Below are positions 50,301-62,202 of a stretch of DNA of 64,000 bases, piece by piece. The DNA comes from Callorhinchus milii (lineage: Eukaryota): positions 60,886,001-60,950,000 of the forward strand of contig NW_024704742.1 of the NCBI RefSeq assembly GCF_018977255.1, read 5' to 3'. The first letter of the stretch is position 1. Each line of letters opens with the position of its first letter. The translations under genes were made by a program, and so were the position numbers. The notes under the pieces are model-generated. The model made no database searches. It was not told where the DNA came from and was given only the letters and a program-made list of their open reading frames with translations.

Positions 50301-53300
50301 ACTAGATTTGTGGTATGCAAGAATAAAACAACCTTAGTAGATTATGTCATACTAGCTGTACCCGTTGCAGTTTCGCTTGCAACCAAAGGATCCAATACAG
50401 AATGTAGATTGACACACAGACAGACACACAGACAGACGTTTCATCTTTATCTACACTCATCTGGGAGGACTCTTGTGGGAGGACTCAGTGGGAGGACTCG
50501 GCGCTTTAAAAATATAATTTTGTTGTTTTTGCTGCGGCTTAGCTTCGTCTGTGTTCTTTATTTGGTTCCCGCCACTTGGCTACGGTGTGCTCTGTGACGC
50601 AGGCTGCCACAGTGCCACTGTCAGCCAGTGAGGCCACCAGGTGTAGCTACAGTGTGTATGTACATACAAAGGTGCTCTGTGATGCATGATGCCACAACAC
50701 CACCTTGACTCGATGGGCACCAGGTGTAACTGCAGCGAAAAACGCAAAACTGAAAATAACTCAATAACAATAGGCTATACCTGAAAACAAATATGCCCAT
50801 GTTACTCCCACATGCAAGACCTTTTCAGTGAGGTATAAATGACTTCTCTATGTCAATTGGTTATTGAGATCCTTCTTGAAGCGCAGACAGACATTGTTGT
50901 TTTATTAGTATAGAAGAAGATGGAAGAAGATAGATAGAAGATTGATGTGTAAACTATATTAGAACTATACAATAATCCTTGCATTTGATATAATGCCTTA
51001 TCATGTCATTGAGCTGTCTCGTACCGATTCACAGAATATATTGTAAAATGGATTGACTGTGCATTTTGTGGACGAAACAAGGTAGCCAATTGCACCCAAC
51101 AGTGTCCCACAAACAGTTGTGGAGGATGTACCAAAAGCACTTCACAGGGCTATGTGTTTTGTGGGCAAACACGGTAGCCAAGTTGCGCAGTTGAATATCC
51201 CACACACAGCCATGAGGTGAATGATCAACTTTATTGGGAGATTGTTGGCCATGACACTGTGAGACACTCCCTTCTCTTTTTGAAAAGTGCCATGGGAGGT
51301 TCAATATCTACCTGTGCAGGCAGACAGGACCTTGGTTTCATGTCTCATCTGATGGATAATAGGATGGATTAAGGGTAAAACATGAGCATAGATTACTAAC
51401 TAGCTACAAAGAGGTAGTCATTAGCTAAGATAGGTCAAAATTGACCTGGGATGTCGAGGGAAATATTAAGTAGGGTGCCTCAAGGGACCCATCCTGTTCC
51501 TGATGTACAAAAATGACTTGAATTTTGAGTTTCAGTGCAAAGTGAGATTCAGTGCAATAATTTGAAAATGGCATAAAGCTGCAGGAATGGTGGCATCAAA
51601 GGGAAGAATCTAACAATGGGTTCAGCACTGGCAAATCAAGTTCAGTGAGTCAAATCTAAGGTGCTGCATACCAAGGGAGAAGTTGAAAAAGAACTGTTGA
51701 CTCCTTGGTGCTTACTTGACTCATTGCTCACGCTATAGAGGTGAAGTGGAAATTAAAAGGGAAATACATAGCAAGTAAGGGTATTAAAAGCATATGCAGT
51801 AAAGAAAGGGAAATTGGAATAAAGTATTGGCTCTAATCTTAAATGGTGTAACAAGCGTGATGGTTTGAATGCCTAACTAATGTCCTTGTGTTCCTAGGTT
51901 CCTGTAACATTAGAATAAGGTTATTCTATATGTAGCTTATCATAGTCTCATGCGTTTTAATATCTTCCTCTGCAAATAATCTCATAGACAAATCAACGAG
52001 AGATGGATCACAGGAAAATCTGGAATGCAGCTGGTGTTGTCTTGGATATTGATTCAGGTTTGTGCATACAACTGGTTGTAACACTACTCAGTTCACCAAT
52101 CGAGAATAATCTTGGAAATTAGAATCTACAGGAACATAAGTAAACAATTGTTGATTGGACCTAATATCCTCACAGATGACAATATTCTGATATTGGCTTG
52201 ATGATTATACCCCTCCCTGATGTTCAGTATAGAAGAGAAACAACATGGTCATTGTTTCCTCTCCTTATCCAGTGACTCCTACTGGAAAGTGTGTATGTGG
52301 ACCTGGGTTTGGATTCTGTCATGAAGCTCTCTATGTTGAAAAACAACTTTCCTCCTTGGTGGGGGAGATTAGTAAACTAGGTCTCCTTGAACTGTCTCCA
52401 AGATTCCAAGGTAATATGCTTGGCAATAGAATATTGGAAATGAGTCAATACGGTCTCGGTAATCCAGTTCCTGAGGTAGGTGGGATTCTTCCCAATCATC
52501 TGTTTAATCCTGAAAGCCAAAGCCCTAACGTGTAAGATGGTCCGAGCTGGATAAGCAGCAGGGCACTTGCTTAACAGTGCTTTCAGTGGCAAACTGCAGT
52601 TTTAGCTGGTTAACCTTCAGCAGTACCCCAATGCACACTTTGGGTTCCTCAAGCCTTGGCTCTTGCCAACCCAAACCTAATAAGCTCCAGAAATAGGTAA
52701 GCAGATGCATCTCTTTGGGGAAAGAGTGCATATTCCATTCTACACAGGGAAACTTCTATGTGTAGATGGCATATATGGAAATTTCAGCATGGTTTGGACA
52801 CTCTTAAAGCATAGTAATGGAGTTTCTGCAAAGATCTGATACTCGACTGAACAAAAACAAAACACACACTAGCTAGTTTCACACAGAGAGCCTGGCCATT
52901 TGAGCAAGCTATCAAGACCAATGGAAATGTACTGCAGCATGAGACAATGCTTACAGGGGAGAAGGCAAGAAAACTGAAAAAGAACACAGATAAATTGTGG
53001 CTCTTTTTCCTGCTTTGCAAGACTTATCCTCCTTGGTCACTCACCTCTACAACTCTTTCTCCACCACTAATTAGGCCCATTGCCCTCCTCACCTCCTGAA
53101 CTACCTCCTACTCACTCAAATCACCTGGTACACCAGTCACCTTCACTCCCTCAAGGCACAGGTGTGTGCTGCAAATCTAATGGTCCATTGGTAGATCTGG
53201 CTGGACCACATTAAAACTTACCACTCCGCCTTTGCCTACTCTAAATCACCCTTCTACTCCAAGATAATCTTGGAGGCCAAAGACAACTCCAGGCTCCTCT

Positions 53301-56300
53301 TCTCCACCACTAACTAGTTCCTCCCCCACACCTCACCCAGACTCTTCTCCAACTGTGAGGAGATGTTGAACTTCCTCGAGACCAAAATTGAGGGGATCCG
53401 CTCAGCCACCTCTGCCCTCCCAACCACTATCGCCTCCCCATCTCCCCCTCACACCCCTTGACTCCAGGATCACTGCTGTCCTGACAGAATGTCTCAAACA
53501 TTAAAGGCCTGGACGAAAGCTAACTTTCTATAGTTGAATGTCAACAAGACCAAGGCTCTCCTGATTGGCTCCCATCAGTGCCTCCTCACCTCAGGCGTTG
53601 ACAGCATCACCATCTAAGTATACACACCCCACCTTGCTAAGCCAGTCCAGATCCTTGGCATCTTGTTTAATCCTCAACTGTCTTTTTTATCCGACATCCA
53701 TGCTTTGACCCGCTTGGTCTTACCCCACCTCCACAACATCACCCAACTCCACCACCTTTCAGGCTGCCAAAATCCTTGTTCATCACATTTAGGCTTGATT
53801 ATACCAACTGCCTGCTTGTTGGCCTCCCCAACTCTTCCATCTACAAGCCACAGATCATGCAGATCTCTGCAGCTCATTTCTTCTCCTGCACCAGGTTCCA
53901 TGACCCCATCAGCCCCACCCTCAACCGGCTCCACTGGCTTCCCATCCTCCACATGATAGAGTTCAATATCATCATCCTCGGCTTCAGGGCCCTCCAGGGC
54001 CTTGCTGCTTCCTATTTCTGTGACCTGCTAACCCCATATCAACCTGTCCGCTCCCTCCGCTCAGCAGGCTGGGGCTGCTCCACATTCCCTGCCCCACCCG
54101 CCCCACCACCGGCGGTTGAGCCTTCAGCCTCTCTGCGCTCACCCTTTGGACCTCCCCCAGCCTCTTCACCTTGCTCCCTCCCTTGCCTCCTTCAAGATAT
54201 GTTTCAAGATCCTCTTTGATCATGCCTTTGTCTACTTTCCTACCCATACCCTCCCTACCCTCCATTTCCCCTGATCCCAACTGCCAGCCAAACCCAGTCT
54301 AAATCCCTGACTTTGGGATATCCTCCCGACATGAAAGACGCTATAAATGTAATTTGTTGTTGTTGGTTGTGAGGATGGATCAGTTATTCTTCAATGATGT
54401 TCCTTTTCCATTCCTTCCTGTATTGAGAGTACCTAATTGTAAAAGCTTTGAAACTATCTGGCATTTTTATTTGTACAATAAAGATTACTTAAAAAGTGAT
54501 AAAAATGGTGCAGTCGAGTTTTTTGTACAATGAAATATGTGAAGAAAATGATAAGGAATGCTTTAAAAATATTTAGCTTTCTATGGTAGCAAGGACAAAC
54601 TAAACTCACTTAATCATCATCAAGGTAAATGTTTTTTTTATTTGTATACAAAGTAAATGTATTGATCCACAATAATACATACAATGGCATTATTTATTTA
54701 TCACTTGGTAACTTTCCCAGAAATATTAGAATGGCTTCACTGTTATCTATTTGCTTGTTTTTTTTCAGTCCATTTACAAAAGAGAATTATATACATTGAT
54801 GTGGGGGGTTTGTTTGACAAGTGGTTAATGCTCAAATCAGTTCTCACTTGGTAAAATAGGTGCATTTTTTCTGAGACGGTAGTGCATCCAATAATTGTGG
54901 TCTTTTTNGTTTTGATGATAACAAGACAATAGACCCAAGACATAAAATGTTGCCTGGTTCATAGAATTACTATGTGTCCCATTTGTGGCAGACTTTTTAA
55001 ATAGAGCTAAGCCTCTTGGAAAGACTGGATAATTCTACCCAATAAAGTAGTTGGGACAGAAGGTTACACCTACAAATACACATTCATCACCAAAAAATCT
55101 CTGTGAAATGCTTTGAGACGTTTGATGTGACATATCAAATGCAAGGATTGTTTTATTATGCATACATAAACACTACCCCAAGAACATTTGACCGTTTGAA
55201 TGTCTATTTTATTAAATCTTTATCTTTTTGAAAGGTTCTTGGGCTGATCGCTCACCTTTACATGAAGCAGCCAGTCAAGGTCGGCTTCTATCCCTCAAAA
55301 CGTTACTTGCCCAGGTAAGTGAATGCACATCTTATTGTCCTAATGTGTTTTAATCTGTCATATTTGACCCCAGATTTACCACTTGTATTATTTGTCTGAC
55401 AACTGTGAAGCTTACTGTTCAATTATCACTTACATTTACACTTCTATTTGTTAGTGATATTGTACAATTTTATAATCATATGACATTTTAGAAGTCTGAA
55501 AACAAAAGAAATTCAGAAATATACAGGAATAAATTTTGCGTGTTTTGATAATTTATTTTGAATGATCACTACCATTTGCTATGTTCAATGTGAATTCACA
55601 TTGCTGACTTCAGTAGTCTATGAAGGGTGTTATGTAAATGCAAGTAGTTGTTGGATTGAAACTGAACATGACAATACATTTAAAAAATCCTTATATTTGG
55701 TACAGTGCCTTTCACGTCAGGAGGAAGTCAATGAGGGCTTCACTGGATATACTGTAAGGGAAGTGACTGCATATTTTGTGGGTGAACACCAGTAAATGGC
55801 CCGTACATTTGTTTCCCCGATCACCCCCAACCCCAGAGTGCTCTGACTTAAAATCAATCCATCATCATCTTTTTTAAAAAGTGTGGCAACTTTTGCTGTT
55901 GAACTTTAAGCCATAAAGAATGTGATACATATGTTTACATTTTAATAGTTATTTCTGGAGCAAAATCCTCACTCTCTATGGCCCCAAAATGTTTATCCCA
56001 CTAGTGATCAAGACCATTGGTCTTATTCTTCCTCTTCAAATGATCATCCAATTCACTTTTAAATATTGTTATGGTATAATGTTGAGGAAAAACACTTAAT
56101 ATTCTGATAACTCCCTGAGGGAAAACCTTTCTTCTAACATCCCTCTTCCAGTGATGATCTTTTCTAGTGATTTTCCAAAGAGCAGGAATAATCTTTAACT
56201 ATCTCTTCTCTCAAAACTTTTTAGAATTTTGATCCCCTATTTCAGGTCTCCTCTAAATCTTTTCTAATTCAGTGAATTTCTTGTGCTTAGAATCATAGTT

Positions 56301-59300
56301 ATATCTCTTGCCCTCATTAAGGACTATGCTGCGCCCTAGACATCTGTACAAAGCATTGATATTGGTATTTGTACATCTTATTTGAAGAAAGGATATCACA
56401 GCCAAATGTTTGATGCTCAACCAGGAGACCTATTTAACATATGGACTGAAATGGGTAGTTACAGAGTGAGCTCTGTCTACATGGATAAACTGTGTTAAAC
56501 TGTGAAGTGATACCGAACAAAGAAAAGTTTAGAACTTGTTTTTGCAATACAGCTGTAAAGCTGCTTTAGCATTTGATTGTACCATTGTATACAGTATATG
56601 TTTCTGAATTTCAGGGTCAAAAAGCAAATACATTGACAATTGATCACGTTACCCCACTCCATGATGCCTGCCTGGGAAAACATGTAGCCTGTGCCAAAGC
56701 TCTTATAGAGGCAGGAGCCAATGTAAGTACCTTTACATACAAGACAGATGTCACAATTATCATTGTTGTCATCATTATGATGCCTATTATCCTTCATTAC
56801 TGTGGCTTTTGGTTTGAATACACCTCGATTTGGATGATTAAAATTCTGAAAATTAAAATCTGAAATGTATAGTGAAGCAACGAGCCTCCCAGGTCACAAA
56901 GGACATGAAAATAGGGAGTGTAGTTAACAATGAAGAAGATTGTAAGCAACTAAGAGGGGGGGGGGTTAGTTGATTGGGCAAAGAAATAGCAAATGAAATA
57001 TAATGCAGACAAATTTGAGATTATACATTTTGAGGAAGAATTAGGAGAACAAGTGGTAAAATATTGTTGGGTGATATCTACCCAAATATTGTTGGATTAC
57101 GTAGTAAGATATTCAAAGGAGTGGAAGAGCAAACCGACTTGGGGGTTAGTGTACATTAATCCTTAAAAGCGCAAAGTCGGGTGGACGATACTGTCAAAAA
57201 AGCTAATGGAATCTTAAGTTTTATAAATAGAATATAAAAGCGAAGAGGCAATGCTAAATTACATAAATTGTTAGGTAGACTGCAGTTAGAATATTGTGTC
57301 CAGTGTATGCATGTTAGGCAGGGTCAATCATCTCCTTTCTACAGTGTCAAACAATAGATCAAAACAGTGTCTCCTCTCATTGTCTTCATGTAACTGTAGT
57401 CATTAGAAAGAACTTAATAATAATCATCCTTACATTTAATATAGCACCTTTTACATCAGGAAGACGTTCCAAAGCACTTCACGGGGTATACTGTAAAGTG
57501 TATGTTTTGTGGGAAAATGATGATATCCTTGGTGGGAGATAAGCGAGGTCCCCTTTGAGTTAACTTGGGTACTCACATCTTAGGTCTGGAGACATGCATG
57601 CCTGGGGAAGCCTGGTAAATGCACTATGTGATTTGAAGATGGGCAAAGAGTGGGTAAGAAGGAGGGATTGAGGCAGGAAGTTCCAGAGATTGGAGGCATT
57701 GTGGCTGAAATCGCAGCTGACAATGGAGGAGAGAAGGAGACGAGGGATATGTAAACTGAGCCATTCTGTTAAACCAATATTAAATGTGTGATGTCTTGAC
57801 AGGTACAAATAGGATGGAGTGGTCATGGCTGAGGAGGAGGGTGAGGCTGAGGAAAAGTAGAGGAGAGGGGTGCAATAGATGCACTACCTGATGCCATCTA
57901 AGGAAATATGGAGAAAGGAAAAGGAAGTTGGATTAGAAAAACCTGTCATGAACTATCAAATAATTGATCAGGCCTGATGCATCAAATGACCCACTTGAGT
58001 TGCAATGTAACTTTGCTTACACCAACAACTTGTATTTATATTGCGTCCTTCACGCGTGTAGCATTTTGGAGCGCAAGTGGTGTGGTATGATGCTAAGTTG
58101 GAAAAAAATGGGAGGCGCTCCAGGCATGATCAAAGAGAAAAGTTTTCAGGTGTGATTTGAAGATGGGCAAATAGTGGGTAAGAAGGAGGGATTGAGCCAG
58201 GAAGTTCCAGAGATTGGAGGCATTGTGGCTGAAATCGCAGCCGACAATGGAGGAGTGAAGGAGACGAGGGACATGCAGCAGATCCGAGCGAAGGCTGTGG
58301 GTAGTGGGGTGAAGAGGACGCACATTTTACCCTCAGGACTCATTCTTTTCACTCCAGTGCATCACCCCACACCATGAGAGCAAGTGGCACATTTTATGCT
58401 TCAAAACTGCTGGTCAGCCTGGATGTTTGGTTAAAAAGTTCTCCTAATTGCCAGATAGGGAGTGATTTAGTCCCCACAGCAGGTCAATTACAAATACAGG
58501 GTATTATGATAAAGTAATAATAATCCTGGCATATTCATCCACAAAATATACAGTCAATTCATTTGACAGTATATTCTGTGAAGCGCTTTGAGACAGGACT
58601 ATATCAAATGTAAGGATTATTATTATTATATTCTCTTATAAATAGCTGTAGGCCAACCGATTATCTTAGATTTTATCCAGTCATGTATTAAAACAAACAA
58701 AATTCTGCTCCAATGATCCAGTAATATTTGACTTGCTTTGTTTTATAGACAAATGCCATCACTATAGATGGAGTGACTCCATTGTTCAATGCTTGTTCCA
58801 GTGGCAGTGCACCTTGTGTGGGCCTCTTATTACAGAATGGTGCAAAACCTCAAGGACTTGAGTTTTGGGCTTCAGCCATCCATGAAGCAGCAAGCAAAGG
58901 CAAGCCTTAAACTGTCACACCTAGAACACTCCTACTCTTTAGTTCATCATATGTTTAACTAACCATAGCTTATAATATCCTCGGTGGGAAGTAAGCGAGG
59001 TCTTCCTTGAGTTAACTTGGGTACTCACATCTTAGGTCTGGAGACATGCATGCCTGGGGAAGCCTGGTAAATGCACTATAATCCAAGACATTATTGCTAA
59101 TTGACCATGTCATCCGTTTCATAAAAGTAGAACATTTTCAGACATTGAGCCATTTGGTCCATCATGTTTGTGCAACTATTTTGATAAATTATCTTTTTTT
59201 AAATTTAATTGGACTTTTACAATATCCCTTATTATCATTGGGACCTTGGCGACGTAGCCATGGTCTCAATCTGACCTGGAATCTTGGTTCATCAATACGT

Positions 59301-61917
59301 GCTTATGTATCCAGGTCTTGGTTATCTTCATTGGAATGCAGAAAGGAAGCAGCTTCTGTTCAAGCTCTGCACTTCCAGCTGGTGGGATCATCACTGAATC
59401 CATAGGGATTTTTGTCTGAGCAAGAAGATGGTGTCGTTGCTCTCATGCATTTCATGCTGAGTTGTTTTGGTCACCAAGAATTGAACAGATTGTCACAGAT
59501 ACCTGCGCTCCATATAGTGAGGGCTGAGACCTGTGCTTGTCAGCTGTGAAATCAGCAACTAGGAGGTTAAGTGAGGACTCTTTGAGGCTGAGCTACCTCC
59601 AAGGCAACAGGCTTGGTATGGAAAGTCATTTGGTACATTTGGTTCTTAGTTGATGCTTAATTCATTTTTAAGATGATTCCTCTCTTTTATTCTATCCCCT
59701 CCCTCTAACTTCCTTCTCCACTGATTTAGTTACCTTTTCTTCAGAGAAATGATATCTACCTATGACCATGTAGATGAAATGTGTTGCTTCTAGAGAGCTT
59801 CCTCCTGCCTCAGGAATAGTCCCAATATCTAAGGAATCTGCATCCCTCCCTTGTATATCATTCCTCAAGGGCAATGTGCTGGACTTTTACAGATGATAAA
59901 CTTGGAAAGAAAAGATAAATGCTGCCGAAGTTATTAACAATGGAAAATAATTTGTGCTCCAACTATTTTATTAAATTGAGTTCAATTTTAATTTTTATTA
60001 TCAACGTTATTCTGTGGACTTTTCTAAACTTTCAATGTTGTATGTAGGTCACAGTGATTGTGTGGAAGTGCTTATCTCCTGGGGTGTGGACATAGACCAA
60101 GATATTTCTTACCTGGGAACTCCCCTCTATGTAGCTTGTGTCCATCAACAGTTGCATTGTATGAAGAAACTGCTCCATGCAGGTAAACATATTTTTGAAT
60201 CTTGCAGCTTCTATGTTGAGGGAATTTTGATTGTGGTACCAAGAAACAGTTCTGCACATGCTTTAGGTTTCCCTTTGAAAATACTGAATGTCTGTCTGCA
60301 CTGATGTACAGAGCATTGCCTCTCCTGATGGCATTCAGTTCTTCCACATAGGTAACAATTATCCTTAACTTTCTGAGAGATTGTACTGATTTTGGAAAGA
60401 TGTCACTGTTAAGTAACCACCTCTGGAAAAAAGTTAATAGGTCTAAATTATTAATTAATTATCAGGCACTGTGCGAATGAAACATTTCTCCATTTTTGAT
60501 GATATTGCAAAGCAAAACCTCCAAGGATAAGAGGCGCTCTATCATTCTGATGGTTAAGATAGCAATCTTTTCACTACGATGGGAAATCCACAAGTACAAA
60601 GATTGCGATTTTTAGCATATGATAGACCTCATGGTGTTAACGATCTCTCCACAGAAATAAATGACTGAGAAATAGAATGTAATTGAGTAATGCAGCAGGA
60701 AGAGGAGAGGAACTGAAGATTGCTTGTGATCTTATGTCATCAGGTTTTTGAAAAACTTCCTTTTTTGTAAGTACATAACTCTAAAATCACCACAGTCCAT
60801 TGAATAAGAATGGGGAAGATGAATTGCAGCCACAATTTCTCGTGGTGCATGCAGAGTGCAACCTTTTGGTTGAAATCCAACTAAGATAACAAGAAGACAA
60901 AGAGAATTGTTAATAAGATGAAAATTCAGCTATTACAGATCCATGGGAAGAAAGCTCATCAAATCTCTTAAAGTCACAAATTGCACTTTATCGAATGTCA
61001 TCTTTGAGGTTTGGGTTTGCTTTTTATTGTAGGAGCCAGTGTCCAGAAAGGGAGACAACAGGATACTCCATTGCACGCTGCTTCCCGGCAGTCCAATCTA
61101 GATATTGTCATGTTGCTGCTTGACTTTGGAGCCAACATCAGTGCAAGAAATGCTGAAGCCAAACGACCTGTAGAAGTAGCAATTGCAAGTAGTCCAGTGG
61201 ATAGATTGCTTCTCCATTATGAAGGTAAGCAGTTTATGATTGGAAACTTGAGGCATTTTGCTACAGTTACTGTTGTTGTTAAACTTGATTGTTTTACCAG
61301 TTAGAAATAAGATTGCATAGTTCATACCACCTTCTATTTATACAGACCAATTATAATGCTGTAAAATAAGCCCCTGTTCTATATTATAATGGGTTCCATC
61401 AAAGTGTAGCCACAAGTCAACACTTGGGGGGGGGGGTGTCTTATTGCCAGTGACGACACCAATCAACTCAGCACATGGGTAGAAAGTGGGCCGGTCAGCA
61501 GCGACAGCTCTCTCAAGCATTTTCAGCAGATTCTAGGATGCTGCTAACCTTGGGAGCCCTCTACAGCTGTGCATCAGACACAGAATGTTGGCCACGATTA
61601 ACATTTTGCATGTGAAGACGTTGGGATATTGACAGCATGGCGATTTAAGTAGAGTGACAAGTTAAGCCATTGCTGAGTTATCAGGAGTTTGCTGTATATG
61701 TGGACAATATTATAAGCATCCAATGGTTTTCTTTTGATGTTTTACAAGAAATTTGACTGATGTTTTACTTCAGCATGTTTTCATTGCAGCAACTCCAAAC
61801 TCCCTCTGCCAGCTGTGTCGACTGTGTGTTAGAGGTTGTCTAGGGAGATCCAGACTGAATCTCATTCCACAGCTTGAACTACCTAAATTACTGATGGACT
61901 TTCTGCACTATCAGTAG
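35118..61917 (+). CDS. ASB5: Ankyrin repeat and SOCS box protein 5; spliced CDS join(35118-35310,55235-55314,56615-56722,58749-58899,60048-60182,61033-61224,61790-61917), 328 aa
   Basis: Exon lengths 193+80+108+151+135+192+128 = 987 nt, in frame. N-terminus [40 protein letters not shown], ankyrin repeats (SPLHEAA, TPLHDAC, TPLFNAC, TPLYVAC, TPLHAA) and SOCS box [13 protein letters not shown]...[11 protein letters not shown] match ASB5. Adjacency to SPCS3 favours ASB5 over ASB9/11/13. Confidence 0.96.
36725..37080 (-). mobile_element. L2 3' end fragment
   Basis: [12 protein letters not shown] remnant and L2 tail. Confidence 0.78.
39497..39829 (-). mobile_element. tRNA-derived SINE, long variant
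   Basis: Tail to head recognisable. Confidence 0.88.
40385..40792 (+). mobile_element. L2 3' end fragment
   Basis: [25 protein letters not shown] motif; (TTG)n tail. Confidence 0.85.
41357..41445 (+). mobile_element. Head of an older SacSINE1/AmnSINE-like SINE (related remnants near 5035-5520 +, 6050-6115 -, 8215-8470 +, 8520-8745 -, 48090-48450 +, 51140-51350 -)
   Basis: GGCTCAGTTGGTAGCGCCTTTGCCTCTGAGTCAGAAGATTGTGGGTTCAAG resembles the SacSINE1 head as I recall it. Confidence 0.65.
41533..41853 (-). mobile_element. tRNA-derived SINE, long variant
   Basis: Tail to head recognisable. Confidence 0.88.
42238..42559 (-). mobile_element. tRNA-derived SINE, young short variant, full length
   Basis: Long (TAA)n tail; near-identical to 30203-30523. 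Confidence 0.93.
44152..44645 (-). mobile_element. Two tandem partial SINE copies (long variant)
   Basis: The body segment GCAGCC.ATTGCGCACA...TACTGCTAGGTAA occurs twice. Confidence 0.8.
44808..45116 (+). mobile_element. tRNA-derived SINE, short variant, 5'-truncated
   Basis: Starts at CTCGCTTTGCAAGCGAG and ends in (TTA)n. Confidence 0.9.
45518..46678. mobile_element. Fold-back non-autonomous element (possibly hAT-derived): ~280-bp inverted arms around a GA-rich core
   Basis: 45561-45845 is an imperfect reverse complement of 46240-46499; the right end GGCCC...AAAAGGTTCGACCACT resembles hAT termini. Confidence 0.6.
47887..47902 (-). promoter_or_regulatory. Candidate CTCF motif in ASB5 intron 1
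   Basis: Minus strand TCACTAGGAGGCGCTG resembles consensus CCACCAGGGGGCGCTG; motif match only. Confidence 0.4.
49180..49596 (+). mobile_element. L2 3' end fragment
   Basis: [16 protein letters not shown] remnant; (TTG)n tail. Confidence 0.85.
50352..50459 (-). mobile_element. Candidate ~108-bp non-autonomous Helitron
   Basis: Minus strand ends GTTGCA-agcgaaac-TGCAAC (hairpin), GGGTACAG, CTAG|T; (GTCT)-like microsatellite near the 5' end; the 5' TC is degenerate. Confidence 0.6.
53030..54368 (+). mobile_element. L2-clade LINE remnant with the RT core deleted
   Basis: ORF 53776-54219 [17 protein letters not shown]...[16 protein letters not shown] matches the L2 ORF2 C-terminus; (TTG)n tail. 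Confidence 0.9.
55235..55314 (+). CDS. ASB5: ASB5 coding exon 2
   Basis: AG acceptor; [26 protein letters not shown]; donor GTAAGT. Confidence 0.96.
56615..56722 (+). CDS. ASB5: ASB5 coding exon 3
   Basis: TTTCAG acceptor; [36 protein letters not shown]; donor GTAAGT. Confidence 0.96.
56905..57310 (+). mobile_element. Old CR1 fragment in ASB5 intron 3
   Basis: [22 protein letters not shown] and LQLEYCVQ remnants. Confidence 0.72.
57523..57751 (+). repeat. Composite local duplication: a copy of 58975-59079 fused to a copy of 58151-58275
   Basis: Direct comparison; few mismatches in either part. Confidence 0.92.
58020..58320 (-). mobile_element. L2 3' end fragment in ASB5 intron 3
   Basis: [13 protein letters not shown] remnant. 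Confidence 0.78.
58749..58899 (+). CDS. ASB5: ASB5 coding exon 4 (GC donor)
   Basis: TTTTATAG acceptor; [50 protein letters not shown](G); donor AAG|GCAAGC. Confidence 0.93.
60048..60182 (+). CDS. ASB5: ASB5 coding exon 5
   Basis: TGTAG acceptor; [44 protein letters not shown](G); donor GTAAAC. Confidence 0.96.
61033..61224 (+). CDS. ASB5: ASB5 coding exon 6
   Basis: TTGTAG acceptor; [63 protein letters not shown]; donor GTAAGC. Confidence 0.96.
61790..61917 (+). CDS. ASB5: ASB5 coding exon 7 (SOCS box, stop)
   Basis: TTGCAG acceptor; (A)[41 protein letters not shown]. Confidence 0.96.
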
Positions 61918-62196
61918 CCTGCTTCTCTTGTCTACTCCCAACAATCACTGTTGTAAGCAGATTTAAGGTTTTGACTTTTTGTTCCTTTCTGTATATAGTT
62001 ATTAAAAATTATTGTAATATAGTTTGGAAAAGACAGTTAACATTCTTTGTATGCTTTCTCAGTCTGTGCAAACATATATAGTGTAACATGTTATGAAATG
62101 AGCTTGACTAATGCCTTGTTCACAGTGAAGCCATTTAATTTTCTTCCCCCCACCTCTCAAAGACGTACACACTGTGAGGGCGTTTCTCTGAACGTT

Positions 62197-62202
62197 AATA
62201 AA
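62197..62202 (+). terminator. Candidate ASB5 polyadenylation signal
   Basis: First AATAAA, about 280 nt after the stop codon (an ATTAAA also lies at 62001). Confidence 0.45.

Noticed and set aside
54908..54908. Single ambiguous base (n)
   Set aside because: An assembly ambiguity in intronic sequence with no effect on the gene models.
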